64,000 nucleotides of DNA from Callorhinchus milii (lineage: Eukaryota): contig NW_024704743.1 in the NCBI RefSeq assembly GCF_018977255.1, positions 66,776,001 to 66,840,000 of the forward strand, in the 5' to 3' direction. Shown piece after piece: positions 62,692-64,000 of this stretch. The notes below the pieces were generated by a model, which saw only the letters and a program-made list of their open reading frames with translations, ran no database searches and was not told the origin of the DNA. The position numbers and the translations under genes were made by a program. Every line of letters begins with the position of its first letter. The stretch's first letter is position 1.

Positions 62692-63516
62692 ATACATTAG
62701 AATACATTAGATTATACAGCACAGAAACAGGCCACTTGGCCCAGCTGGTCTATGCTGGTGTTTATGCTCCACGTGAGCCTCTTCCTGCCCTTCCTCAACT
62801 AAACCTTCAAGCATAACCTTCTATTCCTTTCTCCCTCATGTACCTATATAGCTTTCCCTTAAATACATCTATGCTATTTGCCTCAACAACTCCTTGTGGT
62901 AGCATGTTCCACATTCCCACTATTCTCCGTGTGAAGAAATTTCTTCTAACTTCCCTATTTGATCTATTTGTGACTGTTTTATATTGATGGCCCCTGGTTT
63001 TGGTCCCCCCCACAAGTGGAGACATCTTCCCTATGTCTACCCTATTAAAACCTTTCATCATTTTAAAGACCTCTATCAGGCCATCCCTTACCCTCCTCTT
63101 TTCAAGAGAAAAGAGTCCAAGTATGTTCAGCTTTTCCTGATAGGTATAACCTCTCAGTTCTGGGATCATCCTTGTGAATCTCCTTTGCACCCTCTCCAGT
63201 GCCTCTACATCCCTTCTATAATGTGGGGACCAGAACTGCACACAGTATTCTAAGTGAGGTCTAACCAAGGGTCTATAGCAATTTACCATAACTTCCCTGC
63301 TTTTCATTTCTATCCCTCTAGAAATGAACCCCAATGCCTGGTTTGCTTTCTTGTGGCTTTATTAACCTGCATCGCTACTTTTACTGAATTGTATATGTGT
63401 ACCCCTAGGTCCTTTTGCTCCGCTACCCATTTAGGTTTTTATTTTCCAGGATGTATGTGACTTCCTTACTCCTTCTACCAAAATGTACCACCTCACAATT
63501 TTCTACATTGAAATGT
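62692..63516 (-). mobile_element. CR1-clade LINE 3' fragment (ORF2 C-terminus plus 3' UTR)
   Basis: ORF 62807-63334 contains RPLVRPHLEYCVQFWSPHY...LERVQRRFTRMIP...TRGH...NFFTRRIVGMWNMLP. Confidence 0.92.
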
Positions 63517-63518
63517 AT

Positions 63519-63841
63519 TTAATAATAATAATAATAATCCTTGCATTTGATATAGCACTTTTCACATCTGGAGGACATCCCAAAGCGCTTCACAGAACAC
63601 ACTGTAAAGTGAATTGACTGTATATTTGTGGGGGAGCGCGGCAGCCAATTGCGCACAGCAATGTCCCACAAACAGTCGTAGATTGAAAATGACCATTTTA
63701 TTATTGTTTTTGGTTTTGGAGGGATTATTATTAGGTGTGTGGAGTAAGGAAACTTGCCCAAGGTTCCGCCCTGCCTGGAATTGAACTCAGGTCTCTCACT
63801 TGCAAAGCGAGTGCTCTAACCACTGAGCTACAGGACTCCAC
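63519..63841 (-). mobile_element. Full-length SINE copy abutting the CR1 fragment
   Basis: Near-identical reverse complement of 50563-50885. Confidence 0.9.
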
Positions 63842-64000
63842 GAGTCATTTAAATGCTCATTCAGCAAGTTTATTAATGTCTTGCTGTAATTTGTAAAGTG
63901 GATTAGCTGTATATTTTGTGGGCGAAATGCAGCAGCCAATTGCGCTCAGCAGTGTCCCACAAACAGTCATGGATTGAGTGACCAAATTATTAGTAGTATT

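Overview
Eukaryotic, AT-rich, repeat-dense vertebrate DNA. The repeat complement (tRNA-headed Deu-type SINEs, L2 and CR1 LINE fragments, shark-type Penelope arms) points to a cartilaginous fish, possibly a holocephalan; that is an inference. The left 24 kb carries coding exons 1-14 of an MCM6 replicative-helicase gene on the minus strand (ATG at 24335). The remaining 3' exons were not found and probably lie left of the window. Many diagnostic residues match the maternal (egg-type, mcm6l/mmcm6) paralogue better than canonical MCM6. Exon 13 is 161 nt and carries a 1-nt frameshift at about 2457, which is either an assembly error or a real loss of function. The CpG-rich promoter has a CDE-N4-CHR element and a CCAAT box. 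The right 40 kb has no gene I can name. It contains SINE/LINE debris, several MITEs/foldback elements, scattered minus-strand exon-like segments that may be a decayed gene, and a composite element at 48.65-49.55 kb. In that element, inverted Penelope-type arms bearing minimal hammerhead-ribozyme motifs enclose about 650 bp of host sequence also present at 35.1-35.9 kb.
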